Shown piece after piece: positions 11,915-23,120 of a DNA stretch of 64,000 nucleotides. The stretch comes from Eremomyces bilateralis CBS 781.70. Taxonomy: Eukaryota. How positions within the stretch are numbered: the first letter of the stretch is position 1; every line of letters begins with the position of its first letter. The notes below the pieces were generated by a model. That model worked only from the letters and a program-made list of their open reading frames with translations, had not been told where the DNA came from and searched no databases. The translations under genes and the position numbers were made by a program. The DNA lies in assembly GCA_010015585.1 (NCBI GenBank), contig ML975174.1; one strand, given 5' to 3'.

Positions 11915-13030
11915 CTAGAACCCTCCCGACGACTCCCTTCTCACCTGTGCATTCTTGAACAAATCCAACAACGCGTTCTGCTGCCCCTGTCCCGGCGTCG
12001 GCCCGGCCCCGTTCGCCGGCGGCACAGGCGGGGTGAACGGTTTCGCCGTCTGGAAGAACTCCATCTCCGGCGTCGGTGCAAACTGCATCTCGCTCCGCGT
12101 CGCTTCTAATGCGTTCGCCGTCGGTTGCGGAGGTTGGTGGTGTGGAAACGGGGGTGCGGGAGGATGTTGGGCGGTCGGTGGTTTGTTCCGCGGCACGGCT
12201 AGCGGTGGTGGTTGTTGATAGGATTGCGTGGGAGGCTGCAGGGGGTTGCTGTTCGTCTCGTGGTGATGCACGCTCCAGCCGCTGTCCACCTCTCTCTGGT
12301 GGCCGAAGAGTTGGCGGAGGGAGATCTGCCGGCCCATAGGCGCGGAGGTCGGGTCTTCGGAATCGTTCAGGTTCGCTTCCGCCTGCGCGATCTCGGCGTG
12401 CACATGGTGCTGGTGTTCTTCCGGTACTTGAGGCGCCGCGGCCGCCGCAACTCTCCTGCTCTCCTTCGTCCGCTCGGCGCATTCGCCGATGAGCTTCGCG
12501 ATCGTGGCCCGGTCGATGACCGCGTTCTGCGTGGCGCCGCCGCTCTCGGAGAAGATCCAGAGACCGTAGATGATCGGCACGCCGGGGTTCCCCACGCCGT
12601 CGGGCGCCTCGGTTTGCAGGATGATGTACTCCTCCGTGTCATCCACGTCGTCGGGGCTGAACAGCTCGGTGAAGAAATTATCTAGCCCGCGCCGGTTGAG
12701 GATCATGACGGCGAATCGCTCGGGGGCGGCGGGGGTTCCTTCCAGGGCGACGATGAACATTGATCCTTCGACGTTGGATTTCTCCCATTCTTGGGAGGCG
12801 GTGTTGAAGGTGTACACGACGGCGTATGGGGCGATGGCGAGGATAGAGACAATGGAGGGGTTGTGTCGGCGGATGACCACGAGGTTTAGGGCGGAAGTGG
12901 TCAGAGGTCCTCGAGGGGCACCAGACATGTTTATTGCATCAGAGAAGGTGGCTTCATCAGTTTCGTAATCGGTAGGGACGGTTAGGACGTGTTGGGAGGG
13001 TGGTCGGTTGCGTGGTTGTTTGCGAGGCAT
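11915..13030 (-). CDS. DCP1: Dcp1-like mRNA decapping subunit (EVH1 domain), 371 aa
   Basis: LNLVVIRRHNPSI..IL..APYAVVYTF...WEKSNVEGSMFI...ILNRRGLDNF...IYGLWI, followed by a low-complexity tail ending ALLDLFK. Confidence 0.85.
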   Translation of the reverse strand: MPRKQPRNRPPSQHVLTVPTDYETDEATFSDAINMSGAPRGPLTTSALNLVVIRRHNPSIVSILAIAPYAVVYTFNTASQEWEKSNVEGSMFIVALEGTPAAPERFAVMILNRRGLDNFFTELFSPDDVDDTEEYIILQTEAPDGVGNPGVPIIYGLWIFSESGGATQNAVIDRATIAKLIGECAERTKESRRVAAAAAPQVPEEHQHHVHAEIAQAEANLNDSEDPTSAPMGRQISLRQLFGHQREVDSGWSVHHHETNSNPLQPPTQSYQQPPPLAVPRNKPPTAQHPPAPPFPHHQPPQPTANALEATRSEMQFAPTPEMEFFQTAKPFTPPVPPANGAGPTPGQGQQNALLDLFKNAQVRRESSGGF

Positions 13031-13480
13031 TGTGAAGTGGTAGAGGGATAGAAGGGAGAGACTCGATCAGTAAACGATTGGAATTCTTCACAAGCTCTGG
13101 AAAGGCTTCACTGTTATAACAGCCCGTCTATTCGTTCAAACTTCTGCGGTCTTGTAGATTTGGATCAACACCATACAGTTGAGTTGTAACTGAAGTATCA
13201 TAGATGGCATATCTGATATAGAGCGAGATACTGTGGCGGTGCATGCTGATCATATGTGGCGGTGCAGCCCTATCGGGTCGAGATCGTCATAGACATCCGG
13301 ATGGCACGAGGACTCGGGGCGTGACAACAGTTCCAATATATACCCTTAGGTTACATTCAGTGCAACTCTTAGCATCCAGCACAGCAGTGGAAGAGTTTTA
13401 ATTCATTGTTTTAAGTTTGCATTTATAAAGCATTCCATGTTTAGCCAGACGGTCCGATAACAGCCGGGGAGGAAGCACAG

Positions 13481-16400
13481 ATGTCTTCGGCCGATCAACC
13501 CCCCGGAGCAGACGACGTGTCGAGTTCGCTACCAGGAGCTTTCCCAGGAAACGGTCAAGACTCAGCAGCGACGCCCAACCAACAGAGTTTGGCCGAAGGC
13601 GTGTACGCCAGACGCCATGAGTTCGTGCGACCGCGATCTCTGCGTATCCGCGTCGGCTCGTGGAACGTAGCTGCCTTGAAAGGCACGGAGCAAGATCTTG
13701 GGGACTGGTTTATCGACGGAAAAGGAGTCACGGAATCATTAGGCGGCCTGTCTGCCACGACTTCACGGGAAGAGCATGGAAGCCATTCAGAAAACGGCCC
13801 GGAGGTCGAGAATGTGGTCAACCAAGAGCTTCGAAGGACGCAGAAAGAGTCAACCGTGCCGAGGAACGACGACGGCGTTCCCCCCAGAGGGGATGAAGTT
13901 GGGCTTTACGTCCTTGGCTTGCAGGAGGTCGTGGATGTCGCCAGTCCCACGGAAAACATTCGACCGTATACCGACCCCGGTCCGGCGAACAAGTTCAAGA
14001 GTGCCATCGAGGCCGGGCTACCGGCTGGATACGAACTGGTGGCAGAGCAGCAGCTGATTGGCCTTCTTCTCTTGATATACGCAGCTCCTGACGTGGCGCC
14101 GGAGCTAAAGTCCATCAGCACCACATCGGTGGGGACCGGACTGATGGGATACATGGGCAACAAAGGTGCCGTTACTGCCCGATTGGTTCTTGGAGAAACT
14201 ACTCGACTGGTTTTCATCAATTGTCATCTTGCAGCTGGCGCTGATGGCGCTGCCTTGGAGCGCAGGAACTGGGACTTTGGCCAGGTTATGAGTCGGACGC
14301 GTTTTGATCCCATTGACGACGTTTTTGGCTTTCAGCATACCAATGCCGAATCGATCGGCGACGAAGATTTTGCATTCTGCTTTGGCGACTTTAACTATCG
14401 ACTGGACGGCACGCCTGGCGAAGACGTCCGGAGGCTTCTGATGCTTCACACGCGAAATGAGTACGATTTGGGGAAGTACGACGCCTCCAAGAACGAAGAG
14501 GATATCCGGAACCTGGGATCCGGAGACCGGCCCAAATCCCGCGCTCGACTATCTTCTAAGCTCTCTACGGTTGGGATCGCTGGCGAGCCCCGCAGCGACG
14601 AGAAACAGGATTCAGCCCTGGAGATTCCCCATGATCTCGATCCATCTTCGCTCCAAGCCACGCTCGCCTCTTTACTGCCTCATGACGAGCTTCAGCTGCA
14701 GATGAAGGCAAGAAAAGCGTTTCACGACGGTTGGAAAGAGGGGCCAATCAGATTTCTGCCAACGTACAAGTATGATGTGGGCACTGTCGGGGATTTCGAC
14801 TCCAGCGAGAAAAGGAGATGTCCTAGTTGGTGCGACCGGGTCGTCTATCGTACCAGGAAATCAAAGCTCGACTACGACTCCCAAATTAAAGAGGAACAGG
14901 AGTCAAAGAAGCGGGACGAGGAGATGAAATCTCGTGGTGTCGACGACACTTCCGCAGATGAAGGTGTTCTTTGGGACTACGACCCTGATGCGGACGGAGA
15001 TGCGGGCAGTTACGATGAGGACGCTGGCTTGGCCATGGAGCGGGTGATGACGAGAGAAGGCTTTGAAGATACGATTACGCTTGAGGCATACGGCTCGCAT
15101 CAACGAGTATTGTCCTCTGACCACAAGCCGCTCGAAGCCATCTTTTTGATCAAATACGACTCGGTCATACCAGAACTGAAAGCCAAGGTCCACCAGGAAG
15201 TCGCTCGGGAGTTGGATAGGGCTGAAAACGAGGGACGACCGACGGTGACCGTCTTAACCGACCCCTCCTCGGGCGACAACGAGGATGAGGAACTCTCGGA
15301 TACTAATCCACAAAACGCCGATAGCATAAACTTTGGAAAGGTCCGGTATGGGCAATTGCGGAGACGCCAACTCACCGTTGCCAATACGGGGCAAGTTCCT
15401 GCGCGGATCTCGTTCGTCGATCGAGCCGTGGCGGAAGGGCAATCCAGAGGTAGTACACCCCCCTGGCTTGTTATTGGATTCGACCGTGACCCGGAACCTA
15501 ATCCCCCTGCTTCGGCCGTCAGAAACGGCCTAGGACTGAAAACTTACCTTCTAGAACCCGGCGAAGCCACAACCGTGGTCCTGATCCTCCGCGTGGACAA
15601 CACGGATCTCGTCAAGGCCCTCAACAACCACACCGCCACTCTGGACGACGTGCTCATTCTCCGCGTTGAGAACGGCCGCGACCACTTCCTCCCCATCCAC
15701 GGCCACTGGCTCCGCTCCAGTCTCGGCTCCACCGTGGACAAGCTCATCCGCATCCCCGAAGGCGGCGTGCGCAAGCTCCAGCGCCAGAAACCGCACGGCA
15801 GCGGCAGCTCCAAGTCGTCGCGGTCAAGCGGAGCGTCCGCGTCCGGCGGCTCCGGGTCGGCACCCGCGACGGATCCCCCGGGGGTAAAGTGGTCGACACC
15901 TCGCGAATTATTCCGGCTGACGGAGGCGCTAGAACACATGATCCAGCGGTCGCTGGCTGAGTTTGATATGATTGCAGGCACAGACGATGTGGCACCGTGG
16001 ATCGAGAATGCGGCGTGGCCGTTCCATGAGGACTCCTGGACCTTCCAGGACGAGGAGAAGAGGAAGGAGATCTTGTGGAAGATTCAGGATGCCGTGGATT
16101 GCGATCATGGCTTTGAGAAGGCCTTCTCGCTGGAGGACACATCGATTCGCAAGGCTGAATGCCTAGCTGATGCGCTCCTTACCTTCCTTCGAAGCATGGA
16201 TGACGGTCTCGTCACCACGTCGCGGTGGGAGGCCCTGGAACTCACCATGATCTCCCACGAGAAGGCAAAGAAACACCGCAGCCTCGAGGAGGACCGCGCC
16301 TCGTTCCTCGAGAGACTGGCCGAGGCGCCGATCCACAACGCCTCGTTCTTCCTCCTGACCACCATGCTCTCACGCATCATCTCGGAAGTCGTCTCCGCGT

Positions 16401-16642
16401 CCAAAAGCCGTCATAGGGCGTTGCCACACCCGATCGAGCTCCCCGCGAGCCCGAGGGTGAGTCGGCGGAGGAAGACGCTGAGCGCGGACCCGGTTGAGGC
16501 GAGAAAGCAGCTGATGGAACTCAACTATGCGACGATATTCGCAGAGGCGGTGGTGAGGCCTTCGACGATGGCTAGCAATGCAAAGCACAAGTCTAGCCAT
16601 GAGCGGAAGGCAAGGTTCATCGAGACGTTCCTGAGAGGCTGA
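13481..16642 (+). CDS. Type II inositol polyphosphate 5-phosphatase, OCRL-like (1053 aa)
   Basis: 5-phosphatase motifs GSWNV, GLQE, GNKGAV, CHLAAG, FGDFNYR, FLPTYKY, PSWCDRV and SDHKP. These are followed by an ASH-like region (INFGKVRY..LTVANTGQVPA..LDDVLILRVENGRDHF) and a RhoGAP-like helical tail. Confidence 0.9.
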   Translation: MSSADQPPGADDVSSSLPGAFPGNGQDSAATPNQQSLAEGVYARRHEFVRPRSLRIRVGSWNVAALKGTEQDLGDWFIDGKGVTESLGGLSATTSREEHGSHSENGPEVENVVNQELRRTQKESTVPRNDDGVPPRGDEVGLYVLGLQEVVDVASPTENIRPYTDPGPANKFKSAIEAGLPAGYELVAEQQLIGLLLLIYAAPDVAPELKSISTTSVGTGLMGYMGNKGAVTARLVLGETTRLVFINCHLAAGADGAALERRNWDFGQVMSRTRFDPIDDVFGFQHTNAESIGDEDFAFCFGDFNYRLDGTPGEDVRRLLMLHTRNEYDLGKYDASKNEEDIRNLGSGDRPKSRARLSSKLSTVGIAGEPRSDEKQDSALEIPHDLDPSSLQATLASLLPHDELQLQMKARKAFHDGWKEGPIRFLPTYKYDVGTVGDFDSSEKRRCPSWCDRVVYRTRKSKLDYDSQIKEEQESKKRDEEMKSRGVDDTSADEGVLWDYDPDADGDAGSYDEDAGLAMERVMTREGFEDTITLEAYGSHQRVLSSDHKPLEAIFLIKYDSVIPELKAKVHQEVARELDRAENEGRPTVTVLTDPSSGDNEDEELSDTNPQNADSINFGKVRYGQLRRRQLTVANTGQVPARISFVDRAVAEGQSRGSTPPWLVIGFDRDPEPNPPASAVRNGLGLKTYLLEPGEATTVVLILRVDNTDLVKALNNHTATLDDVLILRVENGRDHFLPIHGHWLRSSLGSTVDKLIRIPEGGVRKLQRQKPHGSGSSKSSRSSGASASGGSGSAPATDPPGVKWSTPRELFRLTEALEHMIQRSLAEFDMIAGTDDVAPWIENAAWPFHEDSWTFQDEEKRKEILWKIQDAVDCDHGFEKAFSLEDTSIRKAECLADALLTFLRSMDDGLVTTSRWEALELTMISHEKAKKHRSLEEDRASFLERLAEAPIHNASFFLLTTMLSRIISEVVSASKSRHRALPHPIELPASPRVSRRRKTLSADPVEARKQLMELNYATIFAEAVVRPSTMASNAKHKSSHERKARFIETFLRG

Positions 16643-16985
16643 GCGGTGCTCCCAGGAGCGTTCAAGGACAGTAGGGCTATCTTCCTGGATAACATGACAC
16701 CCCCATGTTTAGTTTTGAAATAGGCTTTGACTTATTGATTATCCCGTATTATCATCTAGCGGATAAATGACCTTGCTCGACATTGAGAGCTATACATGCT
16801 TTTATTGCCCCTAAAGAGTGATTCGAAGCGGCTTACGATCCCACAAGCTATTAAAAATCATCCATATCCAATCCAATCCATCCATCAACCCAAGCAAACA
16901 CATTCTCGTTATATACATGTACTATTTCCACGCCAACCCTCCACCACCACCTAAACTCTCCCAAATCAATTCAAATCATCTCCCC

Positions 16986-19003
16986 TCACCCCATCGCCTC
17001 ACGCGCCGCCTCACCCACGAACCCCGCCAGCCCGGAAAAGAACACCCCCTTCAACACCGTCTCCCCCTCCTCCACTGCCCACTCCCCGGCCCTTACCAAC
17101 CGCCCCTTCCACGACTCCTGCTCCCGCTTACTCAGCTCCTCCCACCGCCTCGCCCCCGGATCCGCATGCAGCACCGCCTCGTCGTGGTGGAGCTCGGCCA
17201 GCAGCTTCCCACCCATGCCTTCAGTTTCCGGCGCTGTTACGAGGACGGCTTTGCCAGGTTCTAGAGGGGTAGAGTGTGGTTTTGCGGGCAGGACGCGTTG
17301 GCGGAGTTCGCGCAGCTTGGGGGTGGGCTGTTGGCGTGCGGCGTTCATCTGGCTGAAGGCGTCGCGGAGGTGGGAGAGGGGCTGTCGGATGGCGTTGGGG
17401 ATGAGCTGGACGGCTGGGGAGTTGGAGGTGGCGGTGCGGTAGTCGAAGAAGGATTGGAGGACGATGGTGGAGACGAGGAGGAAGGCGGCGAGGTAGATGA
17501 GGGGGGAGGAGATGGCGGAGAGGGCGGTGAGAGCGGATTGAGGAGGGGAAAGGAGGTGGCGGGGGGTGTCGGTGGAGGTAGTGGTAGTGGTTAGTGGGAT
17601 GTGCTCGACGGAGACGGTGTGGGAGATGGAGGTGGAGGCGAGGAAGAGGAAGGGTTTCGAGGAGGCGGCGGTGTATTTGGCGGGCGGGATAAACGGCGAG
17701 AAGACGACCTTGGTGATCGTGTGCGCGTGGACGTCCTTGATGGTGGTGACCGTTCGGAAGGGCCCGAACTGATCTGTTTTTTTGCCGCTATAGTCGACTG
17801 TAAGGACGACGATCGACCGATCCTGGCCCGCGACGGCGACGGCGAACTGTCTGGCTCCAGTGGTCTCGTCCGCGTCGAGAGCGCAAACGTCCATCCCCAC
17901 GCTCGGTCCCAGCCGTTTCGAGAACCGTTTCCGCAGCAGAATATCGCCGGGTCCACCGGAGGGATATACCTTCATAATGACCAGCTCGCAGACCTTACCG
18001 TTCGATGTGATATGGTTCTGGAGGAGGAGAAGATGATCAGCGGTCAGGAATCGGACGAACCGAAACTTCGATCGGCCGGTGGGGGATTCGAAAACGTCTG
18101 GGAAAGGCATCGAGAAGATCTTGTGCGGGTCGGAAAGCTTCCCTTTCGCCTTCCTCTTGGTAAAATCATACGCGATCTCGCCGAGGAACACTTCCCCGTC
18201 GGTTGCATAGGTGAGAAGAAAGTATCCGTCGTCCGGTTCCGCAATGTCCATGTCTATCACCTCCGCTGCTTTTGGTGGAGTAATCCGCCGAATGATGTCC
18301 TTCTCGTCCGGTCTCGTCACCGTCCCATTGAACACTACCAGTTCGCTCTCTTTGGCAAGGCCAGTAGCAATCGCCCCGATCCTCTTATTGCCATGGTGCT
18401 TGCCAGGTTTGATCGTTGCGGGACTCAACCGCAATATCCGCTGATACGCATCCACCCGCGCCCTGTCGTCCTTCTGGGTCGAAAACACGCGGCATTTGCT
18501 CAGCGGTTCGATCTTCCCGGGTGTCTGCTTCTCATCCTGCGCTCCGTTCGCATTTTTCTTCGACCCTTTGCCTGTCTTGGGCTCGGGATACACGACGCTG
18601 TACGTGCGAAAATGCTCGTTCTGCCCCCGTTTGCAGTCTTCGGTGCTGGAATTGATGCCGGCGAGCGCGATGACGCCGGCGCTGGTCCCTAGGTTCGCGA
18701 GCGTGTTGACGCTGTCTTCGGTACGAGGGAGGTCGATCTCGCCGACCTCTTCGATTGCGCTGCGGGAGGATACGTCGAGGAGTGTCTGTCGAAGTCTAAG
18801 CCGATATCATACAAGTCGGTTTACTCTAGCGGAGGAGCTTGTCAGGTACGGGTGAATGGACTTACAATCTTGTTTGGAACACCGCTCCTCCCTTCCCCTC
18901 CGCCGCCGCCAACTAGCAAGTAGCCGCGATTGTAGGGATCGAATGCGGCGGAGTACAGAGGGTAGTTGAGGGTTGCTTTCGCATATGATATTTGCGGCGC
19001 CAT
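16986..19003 (-). CDS. SEC12: Sec12/PREB-like Sar1 guanine-nucleotide exchange factor; complement(join(16986..18785,18866..19003)), ~645 aa
   Basis: N-terminus MAPQISYAKATLNYPLYSAAFD...LLVGGGGGEGRSGVPNKI (Sec12 K-loop GGGGxxxxGVxN). An 80-nt GT-AG intron at 18865-18786 restores the frame into the 535-aa ORF. Single C-terminal transmembrane segment (LIYLAAFLLVSTIVL). Confidence 0.85.
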
Positions 19004-19853
19004 GGTGTTGGATAGAGGAAGGTAGGCGCCCTCTGACCTTGCGACTTAAATATGGGAGAGATATATGGGATGAGAGGAACTCGAGGTATATCTATGATAA
19101 TAGAGAGAAGAAGAGCGTATTCAAGGATGGAGTTGTTGATGTGGCCTGAAGTCATGAAGCTCCAACGACCCGGATGTTGCGCATGGTTCATGAATCGAAT
19201 GACGCTGGATGACATGAATAGCGGTAGCAATCAGCGAATGAGAGTTATTTATAACACGCAATACAGAACAGCTAGGGAACTAGCGGTATTATAGTTATAG
19301 CTCGATTAGCTAATTAATGCGACGGACAATAACAACGCAAAGGAGCGAGAGGTCGAGAGCTGAGAGCATCATTCATTCACCACGTACACACACCACATAT
19401 TTCGAAGGGATGTTTTGAATCCTTTCCATATACAATGAGAGAATGTCCAAAAGTAATAGATAGACCATTTCCCAACCCCATTCTTTAGGATCCATCATTA
19501 AGCCATGTCCCATACATTTCATTCCAAGCGAGCGTGGGCGTCCTTTTTCGACCGCAGCAGTCCGCCCCCCATCCCCCAATCCCGAATCGTTAGCGACAGT
19601 AAGTCGATCATGATGCCCTTTTTTGATCCTCCCAAAATATCTACAAAGATCATGATCTAGTCCCATCAGTACCCAGCAGCAAGCGAGTGTCGGCGTAATC
19701 GAAACAGTTACGGGGAATAATAAAAAACCGCCAATCCCGATCCCAAGGTATCCTTATCCTAGAGAAAAACAAATATGCCACACAGACCAATGAAAGAGAT
19801 AACAAGGCTCCCCACAGGTAGAGGAGAACCGATAACAAAAAAATAAAATCAGG

Positions 19854-22800
19854 CTAGGTGGTCGCCGTCTGCACCTTCCTCAACCCCGCCGTCGTGGGCA
19901 TCGGCATCCCAAATGCCGACGCTAAAAGACTATTCTTCTTCTTCTTCTTCCCCTCCATCGGGAACAGCGTCGGTGGCCCGCTCGCACCCGCCGCGGGCGC
20001 CGCGATCGGATGGTGTCCGAACCCCCTCCGCTTCCCGATCGCCGTCGACGGACGCCGCGTCACATTGCCCTCGGATACGGTCTTCTTATGCGCGCTGCCC
20101 GCCGCGGTCGACGGACGGGGCATGGGGGGGAGGGGGAGCGTCGCGGACAAGGGGGGGAAGGGGGAGAAGGTGGCGGGCGGGGAGCGGAACGGGGAGGTGG
20201 AGTCGCGGGTGGAGGTGGTGGAGTTGGTGGTGGCGGTGGTGGAGGGGGAGAACATCGCGGGCGAAGAGGGCCGAACGTCGACGGTACCTCGGGAATAGCT
20301 CCTCGTTTCCCGCGGCTTGGGCAAAGGCGCACCGGCATCCGTCGGGGGCGATGCCGCGGCGTTCAGGAAACCGTAGCTGGTCTTGCGGGACCCCTCGAGC
20401 GGGCTCGGGATCTGGATGAGCAGCTCTTCGCTCTTCTGCGGGTCGAGGTCCTTGCGCACGGTGATTTTCGACCGGGGCTCAACGTCCTCGGGGCGGGCGG
20501 GCTCGGGAGAACCGCGGCCAGAACCGGCGCGCGTACCGGCGTCGAAGCGGAGCTGGGCGACGATGGAGTCGACGGTGAGGGCAGTGGTGCAGGCGTCGGG
20601 GACAGCGAGGTCGAGGGCGTGGGAGCGGGAATGGGAGCGGGAGTGGGTGCGGGAGTGGGTGCGCTGATGAGGGGGAGACTGGGTGGAGGTGGAGTTGCTG
20701 CGGCGGAGGTCGTTCATGGCGACGAGATGGGTTGGAGAGTCGCGGAGGTGAGTGGAGTCGATGGAAGAGAACCTCGAGTGGCGAGATCGAGCGGGGGGAG
20801 GGGTGCCGTTGGAACCTGGCACAGATGTGGTGCTGCCCGCCGATTTTGGTGGCGGGTTGGTCGACTGCTCCGTGGTCGGATGGGAGGTCGGAGCTGCCGT
20901 ATAGAACGGCGAGCTGTACGGATCAATGTTCATTGCAAACGGATCTCGCGCTCCCTCCGGGATGGAGGTGTCACTCTGGTTATTAACCTCGATCAGCGGT
21001 GACCTTCGTCGCCCATCCTTGGCTGGGACCGCCGGAATGGGTGGAAATTGGTAGCTTTGATCCAACGGCGTCAAGGCGCCGATACTATTGGTGCTGGCGG
21101 ACATGCCCGAGCGTCGGTCGAGGTCCGGCAAGGAGTCGGAGCTGGGAAGTTCGGGAAGGGGTCGCAAAGCCAGATCAGCATCGGGTCGAGGGCGCAGGGC
21201 ACTCTTGGCGGGAATCTGAGGCTGGGGAGAGCCGCCCGATGCAGGCGTGTCGAGTTCCCCCGAGCTTTCAAGAGTGGAGTCACCATTTTCCAGAAAGTCC
21301 TCCAGGTCGGGCTCATCAGCGTCAAGGATACTCCAGTCAAAGTCACAGTGAGCCTCTCCGCCTTCCTCATAGATCATGTCAATGACATCCTCCCAGGAGG
21401 CAGAGTCGGGTCGGTGTGCCTCGCTGGGTCGTCGGTGAACGGACGGCCGACGGGAGAGTGTGCTGGGTCGCCTCGAGTGCATCTTCGGGGGGGCCGTTGC
21501 CCCAAGGGTATCTGACATCTGGGACACCGGGCGCGGTCGGGGATGATTGAAGGGCCGAGCGAAAGATCGGAACTCGGACTGATCGGACTGGGCGGATTCG
21601 TTGGATCGGACCGCCACAAGGGAACTGCCTGGTAAGGATCGGGAGTGACGCAACGGCGATCCGAATGTGGTGTGGTCAGGCACCATGCTGGTTCGGCTGC
21701 CACGCTGCGAGGATAGGCTTTCTGGCTCTTCTTGGAGAGACTCAAGCTCCCTTTGGAAGGAGAGCGATTGCATACCAAGCGCCTCGGATGATAAAGGCGC
21801 ATGCTCTCCCGCCTGCTCCTGTGAAAAGTTCGGCAGCGGTGGTAGCGGCGGCAGCTCTTCATTGGCTTTCGGTGCGCCCGAACCAAACGTGGATGGAGAC
21901 TCGTCGGCCGGGAACTGAGGAGCCGTGGGAGATTCATGGTTCAATTCTTCGGCAATATGTTTCGGTGTCCACACGCGGCGAGACGCACGTCGTGGCGGAG
22001 GCGACTGTACCGGCGGGTTGTCGGGGAGGGCAGAAGCCATGGAGACGAATTGGAAGGATTCACTGGAACGAGCGGGTCGGACAGGTCGGATTGGCCGGAC
22101 CGGTGGAGGGCTTGAGATTCGCGTTGGCGGTACCACCGTCCCTGGAGATGGCGTCGGCGCAACTTGTGCTGCTAAATTCGAGTTGGCCTGGCTCCGGCGG
22201 TTCCATGACGGAGGGTCGAAAATCGACGAGGTAGACGCGTTCGTTGATGTTCGGCCGAGTGCAGAGAGGCCGGAAGGGCTGAATGATGGGGATTCGATGA
22301 TGGGGGCCGCATCGGCCTTGAGATCGGACGTGCGCATGTGCGAAACCTCACGTTTGGGAAGATGCGAAGCACTGGCTGCGGTAAACTCTGAGGCTAGCGA
22401 AGGAGATGGACCAGTCTGAGGACGGTTTTCGAAAAGAGAGGGAAGGTCGTTACGGCCAGTGTGAACCAGATGCTGGAAATCAGATGGAGCGGAGATCATC
22501 GTCTTGCGGTTGGATTCGCCTGGAACGGATAAGCGTCTGTCCTTGCCCGGCAGGATCACGTCGGATTCCGCGATTTCCTTACCTGGACCCGGGATTTTGA
22601 TTTCCTTCCCATGCAAATTGTTCCAGACTCCCCGGAATTTCGACCCTGGGGTGTCCTTCTCTTGCTCCGGCCTGAAGCCCGCGGACGACGGAGGGCGTTT
22701 CGCCGCCTTTTTTAATTTCTTGCCCACCGTACTGACGTACAGCAGCGACCTGGATGCAGCGTCCACACTATCGGTCGAACTAGGGGCATCCGAGAAACTC

Positions 22801-23120
22801 CGGCCATCGAGCGAAGAACTCCGCCGGGAGGAGTCGTCGCTCTTGTTCGACTCTCGGTGTGGCGCAGGGGAACGCGATCCGGAGCCAGCAGTCGAGGTTT
22901 GGGAGGTAACGGTGTTGCTCCGTGAGCGGAGCTGGAAGACGGAACCGCGCTTGTCATTCGAGCGCTTTGGCATGAGTCCAGTGGAACTGGTTGGGGATAT
23001 GATCGAGCTGGCTTTTCTCGAACTTTGCTGCTGCACGCTCTCCTTGCGCCGCTGCTCGGCTGCGTGATCCCAGCCAGCGGGATGCCGATTGGCATAGGCA
23101 TCGTCCAAGAAGAACCCCAT
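19854..23120 (-). CDS. CRIB/PBD-motif Cdc42/Rac effector-like protein, largely disordered (1088 aa)
   Basis: ISAPSDFQHLVHTG CRIB motif; SWEDVIDMIYE..EAHCDFDW motif; long uninterrupted Ser/Pro-rich ORF. Confidence 0.75.
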   Translation of the reverse strand: MGFFLDDAYANRHPAGWDHAAEQRRKESVQQQSSRKASSIISPTSSTGLMPKRSNDKRGSVFQLRSRSNTVTSQTSTAGSGSRSPAPHRESNKSDDSSRRSSSLDGRSFSDAPSSTDSVDAASRSLLYVSTVGKKLKKAAKRPPSSAGFRPEQEKDTPGSKFRGVWNNLHGKEIKIPGPGKEIAESDVILPGKDRRLSVPGESNRKTMISAPSDFQHLVHTGRNDLPSLFENRPQTGPSPSLASEFTAASASHLPKREVSHMRTSDLKADAAPIIESPSFSPSGLSALGRTSTNASTSSIFDPPSWNRRSQANSNLAAQVAPTPSPGTVVPPTRISSPPPVRPIRPVRPARSSESFQFVSMASALPDNPPVQSPPPRRASRRVWTPKHIAEELNHESPTAPQFPADESPSTFGSGAPKANEELPPLPPLPNFSQEQAGEHAPLSSEALGMQSLSFQRELESLQEEPESLSSQRGSRTSMVPDHTTFGSPLRHSRSLPGSSLVAVRSNESAQSDQSEFRSFARPFNHPRPRPVSQMSDTLGATAPPKMHSRRPSTLSRRPSVHRRPSEAHRPDSASWEDVIDMIYEEGGEAHCDFDWSILDADEPDLEDFLENGDSTLESSGELDTPASGGSPQPQIPAKSALRPRPDADLALRPLPELPSSDSLPDLDRRSGMSASTNSIGALTPLDQSYQFPPIPAVPAKDGRRRSPLIEVNNQSDTSIPEGARDPFAMNIDPYSSPFYTAAPTSHPTTEQSTNPPPKSAGSTTSVPGSNGTPPPARSRHSRFSSIDSTHLRDSPTHLVAMNDLRRSNSTSTQSPPHQRTHSRTHSRSHSRSHALDLAVPDACTTALTVDSIVAQLRFDAGTRAGSGRGSPEPARPEDVEPRSKITVRKDLDPQKSEELLIQIPSPLEGSRKTSYGFLNAAASPPTDAGAPLPKPRETRSYSRGTVDVRPSSPAMFSPSTTATTNSTTSTRDSTSPFRSPPATFSPFPPLSATLPLPPMPRPSTAAGSAHKKTVSEGNVTRRPSTAIGKRRGFGHHPIAAPAAGASGPPTLFPMEGKKKKKNSLLASAFGMPMPTTAGLRKVQTATT